Below, piece after piece: positions 60,646-64,000 of a stretch of 64,000 nt of DNA. Source of the stretch: Octopus bimaculoides (lineage: Eukaryota); contig NC_068983.1 in assembly GCF_001194135.2 (NCBI RefSeq), forward strand, positions 17,367,415-17,431,414, given 5' to 3'. The number at the start of each line of letters is the position of its first letter. Position 1 is the stretch's first letter. Position numbers and translations under genes: made by a program. The notes under the pieces are model-generated. The model was given only the letters and a program-made list of their open reading frames with translations, did no database searches and was not told the DNA's origin.

Positions 60646-60865
60646 CCTTTTAGCATTTAAACTGGTCATATCTGGCCAAGATATTCTGCCTGTTTTATGC
60701 TAAAAATGACCTGATCCAACATCTTACACCTACCTTACAATGTCATTCTATAAAGAAGCAATCACATCATCAAAATCTCAAAGCCACGAGACAATGCATG
60801 ATTAACTCAAAATAACGTGAATAAATAAATGTTACATTAGACAGAATAATCCGAATGCTAAGGGG
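60646..60865. mobile_element. piggyBac-like MITE
   Basis: ccttttagcatt..aatgctaagggg termini; TTAA on the right side (60866-60869); left end degenerate. Confidence 0.5.
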
Positions 60866-61053
60866 TTAAGAGAGAGATTTGAACTCAGAACACAGAATCA
60901 GAACTAAATATCACACAGGTATTTTGTCCAATGCTCTAATGATTCCATTGGAATATATTCAACAGTTTACTGCAACCCACCACCCTTTGAAATACTACCA
61001 CTGCTGCTGCTACTACTACTACAACTGCTGCTGTTGCTACTACTACTACTTAC

Positions 61054-61138
61054 CCGGAATGTTGATAAAATGATCCTGCTGACTTTCTCTTTAACTGATT
61101 CACTGAGAATATCAGACAAAATTTCAATAATATTGTAT
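61054..61138 (-). CDS. ATP6V1H: V-ATPase subunit H exon, 85 nt (YNIIEILSDILSESVKEKVSRIILSTFR)
   Basis: ttcttcag| and |gtaagt; VKEKVxRII motif. Confidence 0.96.
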
Positions 61139-61214
61139 CTGAAGAATAAGAAAAAGAAAGAAACGGATTCATAAACATCCTTGCTGTTATCAGTCTTAAC
61201 AAATATTTCTCCAT

Positions 61215-61512
61215 TAATACAGTTCTATATTTAAGAGATGAGGAATTATGTACATTATCTACATTATTTACATCTGACAGATATGCCCATGGGCATATGG
61301 CATAGTGGTTACTAACCCCAAGATTCCGAGTTCGATTCCAGGCAGTGACCTGAATAATAATAATAATAACATCGAAAAATACCTCAGGAATGAGAACCCA
61401 GGTTCAAAATTTCCCCAAGTCAGCTGATGAAGGCTGGAGGGTATATCAGCCGAAATGTTGTGTTAACAACAAACAAGATGAGGACAAATATCCATCAAAT
61501 GTAAATAATGTA
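61215..61512 (+). mobile_element. Hammerhead-bearing tRNA-headed element, copy D, preceded by an inverted copy of its own 3' end
   Basis: tggcatagtggtt A box, gagttcgattcc B box, CTGATGA 61424-61430, GAAA 61452-61455; 61215-61285 is the reverse complement of the element tail. Confidence 0.85.
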
Positions 61513-61632
61513 TTTCTCCTTTAATACATAGTTGTGAATGTAGTTATAGTAGAGTATAGCTTATACACTGAAAAAGAAGGGATGTATGTATAGCATGCAA
61601 AGGTAACAAGGAAAAAAAAAACAACAACCTAC

Positions 61633-61743
61633 TTGTTCATTTTCTCCACAAGTTTTGGACTAAATGACAAAGACCAGAGACAGAAGATTAGTTGGTACTG
61701 GATCTGGAACCCAACTTTGCTTCCAGCCAGGACAGTGACGATA
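61633..61743 (-). CDS. ATP6V1H: V-ATPase subunit H exon, 111 nt ([37 protein letters not shown])
   Basis: cctttcag| and |gtaggt; GFQxQYQxIF motif. Confidence 0.96.
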
Positions 61744-62136
61744 CTGAAAGGAGAGTAAATGGTAGATTGATGATATATGATGATGACCAAACTTCACACA
61801 CACACAAACAAATATACACATAAGCATAAAAGTAACATAAATGTATACACATATACATGAATTGGCACAGATGCATGCACACAAGCATATACAATCCCTG
61901 ACTAGAAAAACAGATAAGGGTTAGCATTAGAAAATGCATCTGGTTGTTAAATAGCGCTTCAATATGTATTCATCCAACCCATGCACACCATTGAAAGATG
62001 GATTTAAAATGAATGAACAAAAAAGTTTATGAGTATCAGAGAGAGAATGAGTGGGAGGAGAAAGGGAAGACACTCCCTATAAAAATTGGCAGATATTTGA
62101 AGGAGATCTGTGGACCATAATCTCATAAGTACTCAC

Positions 62137-62234
62137 GTTGAAATGCCATCAACGTCAACAAAGGCCTTTCTGTACAGTTCAATCCTGAGCATCATCTGAA
62201 GACAACGGGCTGCAGTCTGTAGATATTCATTGTT
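62137..62234 (-). CDS. ATP6V1H: V-ATPase subunit H exon, 98 nt ([33 protein letters not shown])
   Basis: ccttcag| and |gtgagt; CLQxMLR motif. Confidence 0.95.
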
Positions 62235-62349
62235 CTGAAGGTACAAAAGACACCAGATCAGCAATACTAGCAGAATTATTAAATTAATGAAAGCAATGCT
62301 TTTTTTTGTTTCAACTTTATATTCATACCTAACTTTGCTTTATAACTGG

Positions 62350-62700
62350 GTGGTAAGAAGCTTGCTTCCCAACCACATGGCAATCCTACCATGCAATCCT
62401 ACTGCATGGCACCTTGAGCAAGTGTCTTCTGCAATAGCCTCAGGCTGACCAAAGCCTTATGAGTGAATTTGGTAGACGGAAACTGAAAGAGGCCTGTCGT
62501 ATATATGTGTGTGTGTGTCCCACCACTGCTTGAAACTTGTGTTGGTGTGTTTATGTCCCTGTAACTTGGTGGTTCGGCAAGAAACCAATAAAATAAGTAC
62601 CAGGCTAAGTAAAAGTACTGGGATTGATTAATTCGACTAAAAATTCTTCAAGGTGGTGCTTGAGCATAGCTGCAGTCTAATGACTGAAACAAGTAAAAGA
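62350..62700 (+). mobile_element. Family B SINE, plus orientation
   Basis: gtggtaagaagcttgcttcccaaccacatgg..ttgagcatagctgcagtctaatgactgaaac. Confidence 0.85.
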
Positions 62701-63305
62701 CAAGAGATATCAATCAAGGTTTTATTCTACATTACTGCAAGGCATCTCATGCAGCTACCTGTGGCTTGTGAAGTTAAATAGACATGAACTATGAGGAAGC
62801 CTATGAAAGAGACTGTCCCTGTTCTTGAATGGTTCACTTAATCCATCACACATGCTAACACCACCACATGGCTCTTGGGTAACTTTAGCAATGTAAACCA
62901 CTGTGTTGTAAGAATTCAGACTACTAGTCTGGGGATAACTTCATCTTGAGTTCCCTCTGCTCTAATCACAAGTTTCTTTCTTCCCCACTCTGCACTACCT
63001 GTCTTGAAGTACCTACAAAAAAAAGATGTCTTGGATGCTACACTGCTTAAGTCATAAACCCTATCTCACCCCCCAAAAGCCCCTTCAAATTTACAACAAA
63101 AATAAATAACACTATCCAATCCAGTCCAGTTTGTGGAATGGTGGATGGTACTAAAATGGTAAACATATGACAAGTACAAAAATATAAAGAAAAATTGTAA
63201 AAAAGAAAAAATCCTGTTCTAAATGTAACAGGTTTTATAGGTGAGGGGCAATAAATTACATTATAGCCACCCACAACTTTTTCAAATAATTTATCAATGA
63301 CTTAC

Positions 63306-63410
63306 AGGGAGTTTCAGTTGATCTTTCAGCCAGTTAAGATAAAATTCTAAGTCACTTTTATCCATTGGTTCTTTACCCCAACAAGCAATTTTGGCAATAA
63401 TTCTGCTGGT
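63306..63410 (-). CDS. ATP6V1H: V-ATPase subunit H exon, 105 nt ([35 protein letters not shown]); upstream exons lie beyond the window
   Basis: tttttcag| and |gtaagt; RIIAKxAxWG motif. Confidence 0.96.
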
Positions 63411-63827
63411 CTGAAAAATATAAGGAAATAAATAAAAGATGTATATTGATTAGCTTTATGCAAACTTTAATGTAGCAGAAATATTAATGAAACCTAAAAT
63501 AACTAAAGAATTTAAATTTTATCTAATGACAGCAGACACCTTGTACTTGCAAGGTTTTCTTATTCCAGGCCAAACCAAAAGTAACAGATGACACGAAGGG
63601 GAATAAACAGGTGATATAACCGATAATATGAAGAGGGGAGTTGATCGCTAGTAAACTGTCCATCAGCACTGTATTACATCCATCACCAAGACATTAGGAC
63701 AAATGATCAAATCTACCTAGACTTCAAAATGATGTCAGAAGACAGAAACAACATACTGTTGGAAGTAGTGATGGTAAATGATAAAGTTGATGAATATTTT
63801 GTTTAGATGCTCCAAACCATCAAAACC

Positions 63828-64000
63828 CTTATCTTTGGAAGGCCACAGATACATAGTCAGTGATGTCACTCTTATCTTTGGAAAGCCACAGATACATAGT
63901 CAGTGATGTCACTCTTATCTTTGGAAGGCCACAGATACATAGTCAGTGATGTCACTCTTATCTTTGGAAGGCCACAGATACATAGTCAGTGATGTCACTC
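63828..64000. repeat. 43-bp intronic minisatellite, 4 or more units, runs off the window
   Basis: cttatctttggaaggccacagatacatagtcagtgatgtcact at 63828, 63871, 63914 and 63957; one G>A in unit 2. Confidence 0.97.

Noticed and set aside
6695-60653. Long ORFs containing X runs in the ORF track
   Set aside because: Artefacts of N-gaps and flanking (TA)n/(TG)n.
52726-63305. Intronic C/D-box snoRNA in ATP6V1H
   Set aside because: No RTGATGA..CTGA pair with suitable spacing and terminal stem was found by eye; an Infernal scan would be needed to exclude one.
63828-64000. CRISPR-like array
   Set aside because: Repeats are directly adjacent with no unique spacers; eukaryotic intron; no cas genes.

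Overview
AT-rich, repeat-dense eukaryotic genomic DNA from a gapped draft assembly, with many N-runs, mostly flanked by (TA)n/(TG)n. The SINE families and gene sequences suggest an octopus/coleoid cephalopod (inference). Host genes: (i) nine minus-strand exons of ATP6V1H (V-ATPase subunit H, C-terminal two-thirds to the stop codon, 52650-63410); (ii) the first coding exon of an arrestin-domain (alpha-arrestin-like) gene (14324-14441, minus). Most other recognisable sequence is mobile DNA: at least three tRNA-headed SINE families, fragments of RTE, CRE, R4/Dong and Tx1/L1-type LINEs, two mariner fragments, several solo-LTR-like units with 4-bp TSDs, and MITEs. The most interesting signals are small retroelements: (1) four copies of a tRNA-headed element carrying a minimal hammerhead ribozyme; (2) a 325-bp direct-repeat unit with a second hammerhead type (retrozyme-like); (3) a TSD-flanked ORF1-only retroelement whose 3' tail is shared with a SINE family, which in turn shares tail sequence with a Tx1-like LINE; (4) five co-oriented TGTAG..CTACA units with a covarying terminal stem-loop. 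No CRISPR array, rRNA or intact tRNA gene was seen. All family assignments are by eye from motifs, without database searches.
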